From assembly GCF_000224065.1 (NCBI RefSeq), contig NZ_AFWT01000003.1:89355-129354 (forward strand): DNA of 40,000 nt. The letters run 5' to 3'. The stretch is from Thiorhodococcus drewsii AZ1. GTDB lineage: Bacteria > Pseudomonadota > Gammaproteobacteria > Chromatiales > Chromatiaceae. This document shows, in pieces, positions 17,692 to 27,015 of this stretch. Both the position numbers and the translations under genes were made by a program. The notes beneath the pieces were generated by a model. It did not search any database, was not told the origin of the DNA, and worked only from the letters and a program-made list of their open reading frames with translations. Numbering within the stretch: the stretch's first letter is position 1; the number at the start of each line of letters is the position of its first letter.

Positions 17692-19089
17692 ATGCAGATG
17701 ACATCGACTCCATCGATCCGCGAATTTCCCTATCGACCCGACAGTTCCGCGCTGTTCGAGCCGCTTGCCACTCGTGCCTGGCCGGTCTTCCTCGACAGTG
17801 GCCGACCCGGTTGCGCACAGGGGCGTTTCGATATCCTGAGCGCCGATCCAGGGGCTCGTCTCGTCACCCGAGGGCTCAAGACCGAGATCCGCTCGGAGTT
17901 GGGGAGTCGGGCCTCGCTGGAGGATCCCTTCACCCTGCTCGCCGAGACGCTCGGGCCGAGCCGTCCGGCGCCCGAGAGGTTACCCTTTGCCGGTGGCGCC
18001 ATCGGCTACTTTGGCTACGACCTGGGACGGCGTTTGGAGCGTTTGCCCAGCCTGGCGCTCGACGCCGAGGACATCCCCGACATGGCCGTGGGCATCTACG
18101 ATTGGGCACTGGTGGTCGATCATCAGGCCTGTCGCAGCCATCTGGTCGGGCCGGACCGGGCGACGCTCGATGCCTATGCCAGGCTGTTGTCTGGGGCGCT
18201 CGCCGGACGCTCCAGCGGCACGGCGCATCGCTCGTTCCGGGTGCTGGGGCAGGTCGGGTCCAACATGAGCCACGGCCAATACCTGGAGTCCATCGCCCGC
18301 ATCAAGGAGTATCTGCGTGAGGGCGACTGCTATCAGGTGAACTTCGCCCAGCGTTTCTCCGTCCCCGCCGAGGGCGATCCTTGGCAGGCGTACAAGCTGC
18401 TGCGCCAGCTCAATCCGGCGCCCTTCGGTGGCTATCTCGACATCGGTGAGTGCCAGGTACTCTCCTCCTCGCCAGAGCGCTTCCTTCAGGTCTGCGAGGG
18501 CGAGGTCGAGACCAAGCCGATCAAAGGGACGCGTCCGCGCGGAGCCGATCCCATCGAGGACCTGCTGCTGTCCGATGCGTTGCGTTTCAGCCCCAAGGAC
18601 CGTGCCGAGAACCTCATGATCGTCGATCTTTTGCGCAACGATCTGGGCAAGGTATGCGAGATCGGCAGCGTGCGGGTACCCAAGCTATTCGAGATCGAGC
18701 GCTTCGCCCGCGTGCATCATCTGGTCAGTACGGTTCGCGGGCATCTGGCGCGGGGGAGCGGCGCGCTCGATCTGTTGCGGGCCTGCTTTCCTGGCGGCTC
18801 CATCACGGGTGCGCCCAAGAAGCGCGCGATGGAGATCATCGAGGAGCTGGAACCGCACCGGCGCGGTGTCTACTGCGGCGCGATCGGCTATGTCGGGTTC
18901 GATGGGGCCATGGATACCAACATTGCCATCCGCACGCTGGTCCATTCGGCCGGGGTCGCGCGCTGCTGGGCCGGTGGCGGTATCGTCATGGATTCCGATC
19001 CCGAGTCCGAGTATCGCGAGACCTATCACAAGGCCGCGCCGCTGCTCGATCTGCTGGAGCGCATGCGGCTCGGCAATCTGGGCAGCTAG
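17692..19089 (+). CDS. pabB: Aminodeoxychorismate synthase component I (supplies the para-aminobenzoate moiety of methanopterin)
   Basis: Chorismate-binding enzyme strings are present: CYQVNFAQRF, SSSPERFL, KGTRPRG, ENLMIVDLLRNDLG, FPGGSITGAPKKRAMEIIEELE, GGGIVMDSDPESEYRET. The track start at 17647 is TTG. The first ATGs are at 17692 and 17698. Confidence 0.85.
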   Translation: MQMTSTPSIREFPYRPDSSALFEPLATRAWPVFLDSGRPGCAQGRFDILSADPGARLVTRGLKTEIRSELGSRASLEDPFTLLAETLGPSRPAPERLPFAGGAIGYFGYDLGRRLERLPSLALDAEDIPDMAVGIYDWALVVDHQACRSHLVGPDRATLDAYARLLSGALAGRSSGTAHRSFRVLGQVGSNMSHGQYLESIARIKEYLREGDCYQVNFAQRFSVPAEGDPWQAYKLLRQLNPAPFGGYLDIGECQVLSSSPERFLQVCEGEVETKPIKGTRPRGADPIEDLLLSDALRFSPKDRAENLMIVDLLRNDLGKVCEIGSVRVPKLFEIERFARVHHLVSTVRGHLARGSGALDLLRACFPGGSITGAPKKRAMEIIEELEPHRRGVYCGAIGYVGFDGAMDTNIAIRTLVHSAGVARCWAGGGIVMDSDPESEYRETYHKAAPLLDLLERMRLGNLGS

Positions 19090-19091
19090 TC

Positions 19092-19694
19092 GTGTGGGTG
19101 GTCAAGCTCGGGGGCAGTCTCGCCGACTCGGAGCGGCTGCCCGCCTGGCTGGACGCATTGGCCGGACGTTCCGATCTGGTGCTGGTACCGGGTGGCGGCC
19201 CCTTCGCCGATCAGGTGCGTCTGGCTCAGGCGCGTTGGGGTTTCGCGGATGAGGCCGCGCATCACCTGGCGCTGCTCGCCATGGAGCAGTACGGTCGCAT
19301 GGTGTGCGCCATCCAGGCTGGGCTCACCCCGGTTGCGAGCCTGGATGAGATCCGCCGTACCCTCGACGCGGGATGCACACCGGTCTGGATGCCGGTCGAC
19401 ATGGTGCTCGCCGATCCCCGCATCCCCCAGACCTGGGACATGACCTCCGATTCTCTCGCGGCTTGGTTGTCCGCCATCCTGTCCGCCTCTGGATTGCTGT
19501 TGGTCAAATCTGCCGTCCTGGCGTGGGACTCGATCGATCTGAGTGCATTGGCCCGTGCGGGTGTCGTCGATCGACTCTTCCCCGACTACGCGGTCGTCAG
19601 TGGGGCCAGAGTCTATCTGTTGTCGATCCAGGATCCGCATGGACTGGATCGCTTGAGGTGTTTGCTGTCGGAAAGTCGGCTTGGAACCTTTTGA
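19092..19694 (+). CDS. Amino-acid (aspartate/glutamate/uridylate) kinase-family protein of the C1 island (orf19-type; MfnE-like candidate)
   Basis: GTG start at 19092, 3 nt after the pabB stop (VWVVKLGGSLADS...VPGGGPFAD). This is the N-terminal K-LGGS and GGG motif pair of the AA-kinase fold. The upstream part of track ORF 18450..19694 lies inside pabB. Confidence 0.75.
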   Translation: MWVVKLGGSLADSERLPAWLDALAGRSDLVLVPGGGPFADQVRLAQARWGFADEAAHHLALLAMEQYGRMVCAIQAGLTPVASLDEIRRTLDAGCTPVWMPVDMVLADPRIPQTWDMTSDSLAAWLSAILSASGLLLVKSAVLAWDSIDLSALARAGVVDRLFPDYAVVSGARVYLLSIQDPHGLDRLRCLLSESRLGTF

Positions 19695-19845
19695 AAAGAG
19701 GCCCTTGTGCCTGAGTGATTCTTGACTAACCTGGTTGGTGAGGGCGCGCGACTCGTTTCGCGCTTTCGGGCCGCTCCGAGCGGCTAACCAGGGGGAGGCA
19801 AGGCTGCATCGCCTCTTTGATCCCAGTCGATAGCAGGTGACCCCC

Positions 19846-19932
19846 ATGTTTGCACTGACTCGCGACCTCATCACCATCGCCGCCATCGTTTTGACCCTCC
19901 TCTTTATCGGCGCCTTGGAAAGCCTGTACTGA
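19846..19932 (+). CDS. Candidate 28-aa hydrophobic micro-protein
   Basis: Below the ORF-track length cut-off. It reads ATG 19846 ... TGA 19930-19932 and encodes MFALTRDLITIAAIVLTLLFIGALESLY, with one predicted TM helix. An SD-like AGGTGA lies 5 nt upstream. I recognise no homology. Confidence 0.3.
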   Translation: MFALTRDLITIAAIVLTLLFIGALESLY

Positions 19933-20288
19933 GGTGGTTTCTTCCAACGAACATGCCAGCTGACGTGTCTTGACGCCCTTTTTGAGAGGGAACGTCACGT
20001 CGCGTCATCTGGCAGAGGTTCTGGAGGACGTTCGGTCTGAGACCTTTTGTCGGCGTTGTGATGAAAATATCAGTTAAGTGTGCGGTAATTGCATATGCTT
20101 AAGTCATAAAGCGTGTCGATCGAGAAAGCGCGTTCAGCAGTTCAAGTCGGTCGATCACGTGACCGTCGGATTCGCTCCATGCGGTGTATCAGGAAACCTC
20201 TCTCGGCGAACCGGCAGTTTCACTATCTTTGGGCCGATTGGTTGAGCAATCTAATTGCGCCTAAGGATTCGAGCCGCGGAACAGAACC

Positions 20289-20852
20289 ATGAGCATTTCT
20301 CCTGTCTCCATAACCACACCGAACCTGGCGGCCTCTTACGCCTCCACGCGCCCCGCGACAAGCCCTGCGAATGATTCGGAGCTGGCGTCTGCGAGTTCCC
20401 CCGCTGCCCAGCAACTCGCCATTGCCCCTCCCGCGACCTCCGTCGTGCCAGAGACCACTCGCCCGGTCGAAGAGGTGACCCCACCCCAACAGCAGGAGTT
20501 GGCGACAACGACCCAGGACGCCTTGCGCTCCCGTTCGCAGGTTGCGCCTGAAGAGTCGAGAGCGCCTACATCCGCATCCCCGACTGCATCTCCGGCCGCG
20601 ACTACATCGCCGCCCGCATCTGCGGACGGTGGTTACCAGATCCAGTCGTCTTTGAGTGGTGAGATCGCCGAGGTTGCGGCAAACGCTACGGTGGCCGCTG
20701 GGGCCGCCTCGGAAGAGTCCAGCGAGGATCCAGCCGAGATCCTGGCCGAGCAGCAGCGGACCCAGGCCCGCAATAATCCCTATGCGGATCTTTCCGCCGG
20801 CCAGCCAGCGCAGGCCACTCGTGGTGGTTCGGTGCTCGACCTCTCGGTCTGA
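20289..20852 (+). CDS. Hypothetical acidic, P/A/S/T-rich, probably disordered protein
   Basis: 187-aa ORF (MSISPVSITTPNLAASYAST...NPYADLSAGQPAQATRGGSVLDLSV). It follows a locally AT-rich ~250-bp region, has lower GC3 than its neighbours and lacks a strong SD. I recognise no family. Confidence 0.45.
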   Translation: MSISPVSITTPNLAASYASTRPATSPANDSELASASSPAAQQLAIAPPATSVVPETTRPVEEVTPPQQQELATTTQDALRSRSQVAPEESRAPTSASPTASPAATTSPPASADGGYQIQSSLSGEIAEVAANATVAAGAASEESSEDPAEILAEQQRTQARNNPYADLSAGQPAQATRGGSVLDLSV

Positions 20853-20972
20853 GGTTGGCCTCGATTTTCCCTGCTCCGACTCGCCAGGGAAGGCGGGTCC
20901 GTCCGCTTATTCACCGACAGCTCCGTGTGTCTCTTCGCTCGATTTGGCGAATGTCCGTCCTATGGGGATGCT

Positions 20973-23900
20973 TCATCCCGATGCTTCATCCCGGATGAAT
21001 TCGGCGATCGCCTCCGCCGTGGTCTTCAGCGCCCTTTCCAAGTCCTCCGGTCCATGCACGGGTTCGGTGCCGTCCTTGATCGATTGATTCATTTCCGTCG
21101 CAATGCGGGCGACCTCGGTCAGTGCCAATGAGCCGGCCGCACCCTTGATCCTGTGGGATACCGCTTCGGCGGCGTTATGGTCGCCGTTCGCCAGCGATTC
21201 GGCGATCTCCCGAGCGGCGGTGCCGTAGGATTCGACGAAGCGTTTCAGCAAGTGGCGGTAGAGCCCGAAATCCTGAAAGACATGTTTTGCCTTTTCCAGA
21301 TCCATCGTCTTGGATGCGGGTGCTGCGGTCGTCGGTACGGCCTTGGGTTTCGAGGGGGCGTGGGACAGCCAGGTCAGCAGCGTGGCGTAAAGCGCGTCCG
21401 GGTCGACGGGCTTGGCGATGAAATCGCTCATGCCGGCCTCCAGACAGCGATTGCGATCCTCCGTGAAGGCATTGGCGGTCATGGCGAGAATGGGCACCTT
21501 GTGCCAGGTTGGCAGTGCGTGAAGGGCTCGGGTCGCCGCCAGACCGTCCATATTCGGCATCTGCATGTCCATGAGGATCAGTGCATAACGGGTTTTTTGG
21601 GCCATTGCGACCGCTTCCGCGCCGTCGTTCGCGATGTCGACTTGCAGTCCCACCGCACTCAGTAGCTCTCGGCTCACCTCCTGGTTGATGAAATCATCCT
21701 CGGCCACCAGAAGGCGCGTGCCTCGGTAGCGTGTGGCCAGATGGCGCGAGGCGTCCGACTCGGCCTGCTTCGACGCGGGCTCGGAGGATTCGATTCCCCC
21801 GAGCAGTTGCGTCAGCTTCTCGTGGAGACTGGAGGGGGTGATCGGCTTGACGAGGACGCGGTTGTCCCCCGCCTCGCGCGGGCTTGATCCATCAAGGCTG
21901 GTCAGTAGCAGAAGACAGATCGGTCGTTGCCGAATCGGCAAGCTTTCGATCTTTCTGGCTGTTTCGGCCCCGTCCATATCCGGAAGGCTCTGGTCGATCA
22001 GGATCAGATCGAAACCCTCGGGTCGCTCCCTCAGTGCGGTCAAAGCCGCCTTGCCCGAGGCGACCGAGGTCACCTCGATGTTCCAGGCGTGCAGCATGCC
22101 CGTCATCACCGCGCTGGCCTCGGTACAGTCCTCCACCAGCAGCACGCGGTGGTCTGGGAAGGCGCCCCGCGTTTCTGTATCGGTTGCGGGCGTGGCGAGC
22201 GTTTCGAAGCGCGCGGTGAACCAGAAGGTACTGCCTTCTTTGGGTTGGCTGATCACGCCGACTCCGCCGCCCATCAGCTCGGCAAGTCGGTTGTTGATGG
22301 CGAGCCCCAGTCCCGTGCCACCGTAGCGGCGCGTGGTCGAGCTGTCCGCCTGCTCGAAGGACTGGAACAAGCGATCCAGGCTCTCGGGTGCGATGCCGAT
22401 GCCCGTATCCCGGACCTCGAATCGATAGAGCCGCTCATTCGGTGTGTCCTCTTCGCTGCGCACCCGCAGACAGATGACTCCGTGTTCGGTGAACTTGACC
22501 GCATTGCCGAGGAAGTTGAGTAGGATCTGGCTCAGGCGCGTCGGATCGCCGCGCAGGTCTATCCGGTCGGGCGTGCTGGGGTCCAGATCGACCACCAGCT
22601 CCAGGTTTTTGGCTTCGACCTTATCGCTCACCAGCGCGCAAACATTGCGTAGCACTGCCGCTAGATCGAACTCGGCCGACTCCAGGACGATCTTCTGTTC
22701 CTCGATCTTGGCTAGATCCAGGATATCGTTGATGAGCTGCAACAGATGTTTGGAGGCGCCAGCGATCTTGTCCAGTCGATCTCGGCGGTCTGGATCCGAC
22801 TCCTGCTGACGCAGCAGATGTGTCAGTCCCAGGATGGCATTCATCGGGGTGCGGATCTCGTGGCTCATATTGGCCAGGAAATGCGACTTGGCCCGATTGG
22901 CCTGCTCCGCCGTTTCCTTGGCCGAGGCCAGGGTCGCCTCGGTGCGCCGACGCATGACGATACGCCAGAGATCGTCCCCGATCAGCTGTAGCTCGTGCGC
23001 GTCGGATGCGTCGTAGTCGGTCGGTTTGTTGCCGACGCCCAGCAGTGCCCAAACCTTGCCATCCGCGACCACCGGTACGCCCAGATGACGGGTCAGGTGG
23101 ACGTAGCCATCCAGATATCCCCGTCGATCGGATTGGTTCTGATAGTCGTTGTGGACGACTGGGCGGCGTATTCGCGCCGTATCGGCCCAAACGCCGCTGC
23201 ATGCGATGGGCGAGTGCGCGTTATGGGGCGTGTCGAATGGGTTCGGCGTTCCGCTCGACCAGGTGTGGAATTCGAGCGTTTCCTGATCCTCATTGACCAG
23301 GTGCAGGTAGCCGATTTGGCTGCCGGTCAGACGCACGGCCGCGTCGACGCCGCGCTGTATGAGTTGCCGCTCATTCAGCGTTTCAGCATCCTGGCTCATC
23401 TCGAACAGGGCCTTGAGCCGCAGATCGCTCACCAACAGCGCGCGGTTTGCGGCTTCTAGCTCGGCCGTGCGCTCGGTTACCAGCTCCTCCAGATGGTGAC
23501 GATGCCGTTCCAGCTCGGCGGCGGTCTTTTTGCGTTCGGTAATGTCTTGCACGGCGCCGAGCGCACGCTGAGGCGTGCCGGCTGCATCGCGGACGATCTC
23601 GGCGAGCACCCGTATCCAGCGCGTCTGGCCGCCCGCCATGATTCGGTGCTCGGCGTTGTATTTCGTCCGGCGGCTCGACAGGGTGGACCGCCATGTTTCC
23701 AGCATCGCGACCTTGTCCTCTTCGACCAGGGCGGCGACCATGCTGTCGAAGCTCGCTGACGAGCCGAGCGGAAGACCGAAGATGCGATAGGACTCGTCGG
23801 ACCAGGACATCGCCCCGGTCGCGATGTCCAGAGTCCAGCTCCCGATCTGAGCGATCGACTGCGCCCGGTTGAGCGAGTCCTCGCTTGCACGCAGGGCCTC

Positions 23901-26333
23901 CTCCATACGCTTGCGCTTGGTGATGTCGCGAGCGACCGATTGGAATTCGACGCAGACGCCCTGCGCGTCGAACAGGGGAACGTCCGCCCAGTGCAGCCAG
24001 CGGACCTCGCCGTCGTCCTGCGTGAGCGGTTGGTCGTAGCGACGTCTGCGCGGGTGCGCGGAGAACTCGTGGATGGCCTCGTCTATCGCCGCACGTTCCG
24101 TTTCCGGGACCAAGCTGAGCCAGCTTCGACCGATCAGTTCCTCGCTCGGTTTGGCGAACAGCGCGCAATAGGCGCTGTTCACGAAGGTCAGGGTGCCATC
24201 GGGAAGCCAGCGGCAGACGGCGTCGTCCTGACTCTCGATCACCGCGCGATAGCGTTCCTCGGTCTCGCGCAACGCCGCTTCCGCCGTGCGGCGTTCGGTC
24301 GTGTCCTGAAAGGTTCCACTGAGATACGTTTCGCCGTCGTATTCCACGCGTCCGATACAGCGCAGCTCCGCCCAGAAGTGCCGTCCAGAATCCGTGATCA
24401 TTTCACAGTCCAGGGTGAACGCAGTGCCAGACTCCCAGCTTGCCACCATGTGCCGACGGATCTGGTCTCGGAATTCTGGTACGTAGTATCTCAGCCCCTC
24501 TTCCAGGTTGGCCGGTGGCCGGTCCAGAGGGTGCTCCAGCAAACGGTAGATCTCTTCGGTCCAGATCAGCGTTCCGCTGGCCGGATTGGCCTTCCAGCCG
24601 CCGACTCGGGCGATCGTTTGACTCTGACGCAGAAAGAGCATCGCCTCGTGCAGCGTCTTTTCAGCCTCCTTTTGCTCGGTGATGTCGTACCAGAGGGTCA
24701 CGAAATAGCGCCGGTCCTGGATCGTGATCAGGCGATTGGCGGCACGTACGAAGCGGGTTTCGCCATCCTTGCGGCGATGCGTGACATCGAGGGTTCCTCC
24801 GCCCCGCTCGATGAGGTGCCGCAACTGTTCTTCGACCTGCTCCGGCGTCCAGTCGGCTTGAACGTCCGCCAGCGTGAGCTGGGAGAACTCCTCGCGATCG
24901 TAGCCGAGCCCGCGACAGGCCGCCTCGTTGAATTCGCTGAAACGCAAGGTTTCGGTGTCGATCAGAAGGATGCCATCCATGGCCTGGGTGATGATGGCGT
25001 CCAACAGCGCCTCGCGCTCCTCGAGCGCTCGCTGCTCGACCTTACGGTCGCTGATATCGCGGGCGACGGTGACGAGGACTTCACGTCCCCCGATGCGGGC
25101 GCCCCTGAGGCTGACCTCCGCATCGTAGATCGCTCCGTTCTTGCGCCGGTGACGTGTCTCGAAGGTGATGTTGACCGACGTAATGTCGGCGAACAGGGTA
25201 CTGATATCGTTTCGGCTGAGTTGGGCATCGAAGTCCCAGGCATGCAGGTCGAGCATCTCCTCCGGCGCGTAGCCGAGCATCTCGGTGAAGCGTGGATTGG
25301 TCTCGATGAGATGATGGTTCTGATCGAAGATGGCGATTCCGTCGCGCGAATGCTCAATCAGCGCGCGCAGCCAAGCGGCCTCGTTCGCCAATGTCTCTCG
25401 AAGGGTCTTTTCGGGACCGATATCGCGCCAGACCGCTAGCAGCACGTCTTTGCCGTGAAGCCGGATGCAGCGAATGCGCTCCTGCACGTCGAGCACCGTC
25501 CCATCCTTGCGGCGAAGCCGGTTCTCGAAGCAGGCATCTCCCTCCGTCCGTATGCGCGCACTCCGCTCTCGCGCAACGGACGCGTCCGCCTCCGTTTCGG
25601 TATCCAGCAGAGAGCGTCGAAGCATCTCGTCGCGGCTGTATCCCTGCATACGGCAGACCGCGTCGTTGACCTCGACGAACCGTAGCGTTTCGGCATCCAT
25701 CAGTGCGATGCCGTCCTCTGCCAGTTCGAAAATGAGACGGAACATCTCCTCGTGTTCGTGCGGGCTATGCGGCTCGGCGGGGGCGAGTTCCAGGGCCAAC
25801 TCGAACAGCCTGGTCAGGGTGTCCAGCGTATCGAGGGTTCGCCGATCGGTGGATGCGGCTTGTCGGCTGGTCAGGTACAGAGCGGCGTATGGCTCGCCGC
25901 CGACATGGATTGGCATCATGATCAGCGACCGGACGCCTTCATCGATCAAGGCGGGGTCCAACATATCCCCTTCGTCGCTGGAGGCGTCTTGAGCCTGCGC
26001 GCGGAAGCACCTCGGACCTGTCCCATCTGCAAGACGGGCAAGCGATGAACCGGCCGACCCATGCTCGATCCAAGCGTGGACGGTTTCAGAAAGTCCGCGC
26101 CCCGTGTCGCGCCGATAACCGCCCTGCGCATTGCGCCAATAGAGTCCGGCGCCGTCCAGCTCCGGAAGGCGCAGCACGCCGTCCAAAAATGCCTCGGACA
26201 GCTGCTGTGGATTCGGTTTGGCCGCGATGCTGGCGGAGAAGGCGTGAATCGCGCTTAAGTGAATCAGCGCGATTTGGGGGTCGTCCCATAAGGGCGTTTC
26301 CTCTCCGGTTTCGGGACCGGTGGGAACATTCAT
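20973..26333 (-). CDS. Soluble hybrid sensor histidine kinase: GAF - 6x PAS - GAF - HisKA - HATPase - REC - REC - HPt
   Basis: 1786-aa ORF with no hydrophobic segments. It has the H-box [18 protein letters not shown], the ATPase boxes DTGIGI and GGTGLGLAI, two receiver domains ([14 protein letters not shown]; [14 protein letters not shown]) and a C-terminal HPt ([15 protein letters not shown]). Six PAS units each end in a D(I/T)(T/S)(E/D/K)RK-like junction. Confidence 0.92.
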   Translation of the reverse strand: MNVPTGPETGEETPLWDDPQIALIHLSAIHAFSASIAAKPNPQQLSEAFLDGVLRLPELDGAGLYWRNAQGGYRRDTGRGLSETVHAWIEHGSAGSSLARLADGTGPRCFRAQAQDASSDEGDMLDPALIDEGVRSLIMMPIHVGGEPYAALYLTSRQAASTDRRTLDTLDTLTRLFELALELAPAEPHSPHEHEEMFRLIFELAEDGIALMDAETLRFVEVNDAVCRMQGYSRDEMLRRSLLDTETEADASVARERSARIRTEGDACFENRLRRKDGTVLDVQERIRCIRLHGKDVLLAVWRDIGPEKTLRETLANEAAWLRALIEHSRDGIAIFDQNHHLIETNPRFTEMLGYAPEEMLDLHAWDFDAQLSRNDISTLFADITSVNITFETRHRRKNGAIYDAEVSLRGARIGGREVLVTVARDISDRKVEQRALEEREALLDAIITQAMDGILLIDTETLRFSEFNEAACRGLGYDREEFSQLTLADVQADWTPEQVEEQLRHLIERGGGTLDVTHRRKDGETRFVRAANRLITIQDRRYFVTLWYDITEQKEAEKTLHEAMLFLRQSQTIARVGGWKANPASGTLIWTEEIYRLLEHPLDRPPANLEEGLRYYVPEFRDQIRRHMVASWESGTAFTLDCEMITDSGRHFWAELRCIGRVEYDGETYLSGTFQDTTERRTAEAALRETEERYRAVIESQDDAVCRWLPDGTLTFVNSAYCALFAKPSEELIGRSWLSLVPETERAAIDEAIHEFSAHPRRRRYDQPLTQDDGEVRWLHWADVPLFDAQGVCVEFQSVARDITKRKRMEEALRASEDSLNRAQSIAQIGSWTLDIATGAMSWSDESYRIFGLPLGSSASFDSMVAALVEEDKVAMLETWRSTLSSRRTKYNAEHRIMAGGQTRWIRVLAEIVRDAAGTPQRALGAVQDITERKKTAAELERHRHHLEELVTERTAELEAANRALLVSDLRLKALFEMSQDAETLNERQLIQRGVDAAVRLTGSQIGYLHLVNEDQETLEFHTWSSGTPNPFDTPHNAHSPIACSGVWADTARIRRPVVHNDYQNQSDRRGYLDGYVHLTRHLGVPVVADGKVWALLGVGNKPTDYDASDAHELQLIGDDLWRIVMRRRTEATLASAKETAEQANRAKSHFLANMSHEIRTPMNAILGLTHLLRQQESDPDRRDRLDKIAGASKHLLQLINDILDLAKIEEQKIVLESAEFDLAAVLRNVCALVSDKVEAKNLELVVDLDPSTPDRIDLRGDPTRLSQILLNFLGNAVKFTEHGVICLRVRSEEDTPNERLYRFEVRDTGIGIAPESLDRLFQSFEQADSSTTRRYGGTGLGLAINNRLAELMGGGVGVISQPKEGSTFWFTARFETLATPATDTETRGAFPDHRVLLVEDCTEASAVMTGMLHAWNIEVTSVASGKAALTALRERPEGFDLILIDQSLPDMDGAETARKIESLPIRQRPICLLLLTSLDGSSPREAGDNRVLVKPITPSSLHEKLTQLLGGIESSEPASKQAESDASRHLATRYRGTRLLVAEDDFINQEVSRELLSAVGLQVDIANDGAEAVAMAQKTRYALILMDMQMPNMDGLAATRALHALPTWHKVPILAMTANAFTEDRNRCLEAGMSDFIAKPVDPDALYATLLTWLSHAPSKPKAVPTTAAPASKTMDLEKAKHVFQDFGLYRHLLKRFVESYGTAAREIAESLANGDHNAAEAVSHRIKGAAGSLALTEVARIATEMNQSIKDGTEPVHGPEDLERALKTTAEAIAEFIRDEASG

Positions 26334-26472
26334 GCGCGCTCACTCGGTTTTGGATAGCGTCGTCGCGGTGCGACTTTGGGGGCGTCAGCCGCTTTCCGTT
26401 CAGTACGCATGTCAACGACGGGCCAAGACGCGCCATCCCAATGCCGGGATAGGGCCGCTTCGCATGCGATGT

Positions 26473-26507
26473 GGTGACCTTCGGCGAGGAAGGTCACCGC
26501 TGTTTTC
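26473..26507 (+). terminator. Intrinsic-terminator-like hairpin (9-bp perfect stem GGTGACCTT/AAGGTCACC, 8-nt loop, then GCTGTTTTC)
   Basis: Read directly from the sequence. The T-tract lies only on the plus strand. No convincing plus-strand gene is present upstream. Confidence 0.4.
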
Positions 26508-26683
26508 GCGGGGATGCACAGTCTCATCTTAGACGTCCTTGTGGTGAAAAAAATCATTTGAATTCAATTGTTGGAGGTTTCGGTGCGATCCGCCAGCATG
26601 AGATCGGGATTCTCCGTTCGGCACATCCAGGAAATAGGCGTCGAGCGCCTCTACTGCAAGCTGCCCGGTATCAACTCGGTGAA

Positions 26684-26870
26684 CGGTTTATCCCCGCAGG
26701 CGCGGGGAACGGCTCAGGTCTTCGTCACTCAGTTCCTGGATGTCCGGTTCATCCCCGCAGGCGCGGGGAACGGATGCACAGCGTCGATCCCGCGTGCTTG
26801 CGGGGATGGACCGTGCTCAGAGGTGACTGCTTCGTTCCTCTGTTTCACTTCCCCGCGTTTGCGGGGCGTC
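26684..26870. CRISPR. Vestigial type I-E-like CRISPR array: two intact 29-nt repeats, two degenerate repeats, no cas genes in the window
   Basis: R1 (26684-26712) is CGGTTTATCCCCGCAGGCGCGGGGAACGG. The spacer at 26713-26744 is 32 nt. R2 (26745-26773) is CGGTTCATCCCCGCAGGCGCGGGGAACGG. An 8-nt remnant (ATGCACAG) follows. Degenerate R3 (26782-26809) is CGTCGATCCCGCGTGCTTGCGGGGATGG. A 32-nt spacer occupies 26810-26841. Degenerate R4 (26842-26870) is GTTTCACTTCCCCGCGTTTGCGGGGCGTC. The reverse complement of R1 (CCGTTCCCCGCGCCTGCGGGGATAAACCG) matches the E. coli-type I-E repeat, and the 29+32 = 61 nt period fits type I-E. Confidence 0.75.
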
Positions 26871-26874
26871 TAGA

Positions 26875-26908
26875 GCGCGGGTCTTTGCGACCGACCCGCG
26901 CCATTTTT
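26875..26908 (+). terminator. Intrinsic terminator-like hairpin (9-bp perfect stem GCGCGGGTC/GACCCGCGC, 9-nt loop, then CATTTTT)
   Basis: Read directly from the sequence. It lies immediately right of the last degenerate CRISPR repeat. The T5 tract is on the plus strand only. Confidence 0.5.
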
Positions 26909-27015
26909 CGTGCATTGGCTAGGCTGCGCCTGATACTGCACCATCAATATCTGCGACTACCTTGGCGCGGCTCGCACGCCCCAAGACAGCTTCGCTCGGA
27001 GATTCAGAAGAAATG

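Noticed and set aside
19846-19932. Idea that the 28-aa sORF is a PqqA-like RiPP precursor
   Set aside because: PqqA needs E-x-x-x-Y and is hydrophilic. This peptide ends E-S-L-Y, has the wrong spacing and is a hydrophobic TM-like helix. No pqqB-E genes are nearby.
20967-20992. Perfect 13-nt tandem duplication GATGCTTCATCCC x2 at the 3' end of the histidine-kinase gene
   Set aside because: It is real in the sequence, but its only effect is to change the last residue (…EASP* to …EASG*) and shift the stop by 13 nt. It is most simply a neutral slippage event.
23940-25439. 499-aa plus-strand ORF
   Set aside because: It is antisense to the PAS region of the hybrid histidine kinase and has no recognisable domains.
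26330-26557. 75-aa minus-strand ORF whose stop forms an ATGA overlap with the histidine-kinase start codon
   Set aside because: The coupling is tempting. However, third-position GC is only about 59 percent by my count, against visibly higher values in neighbouring genes. The sequence runs through a perfect hairpin and an AT-rich stretch, and the product has no recognisable features. I treat it as a non-coding leader or promoter region unless Ribo-seq says otherwise.
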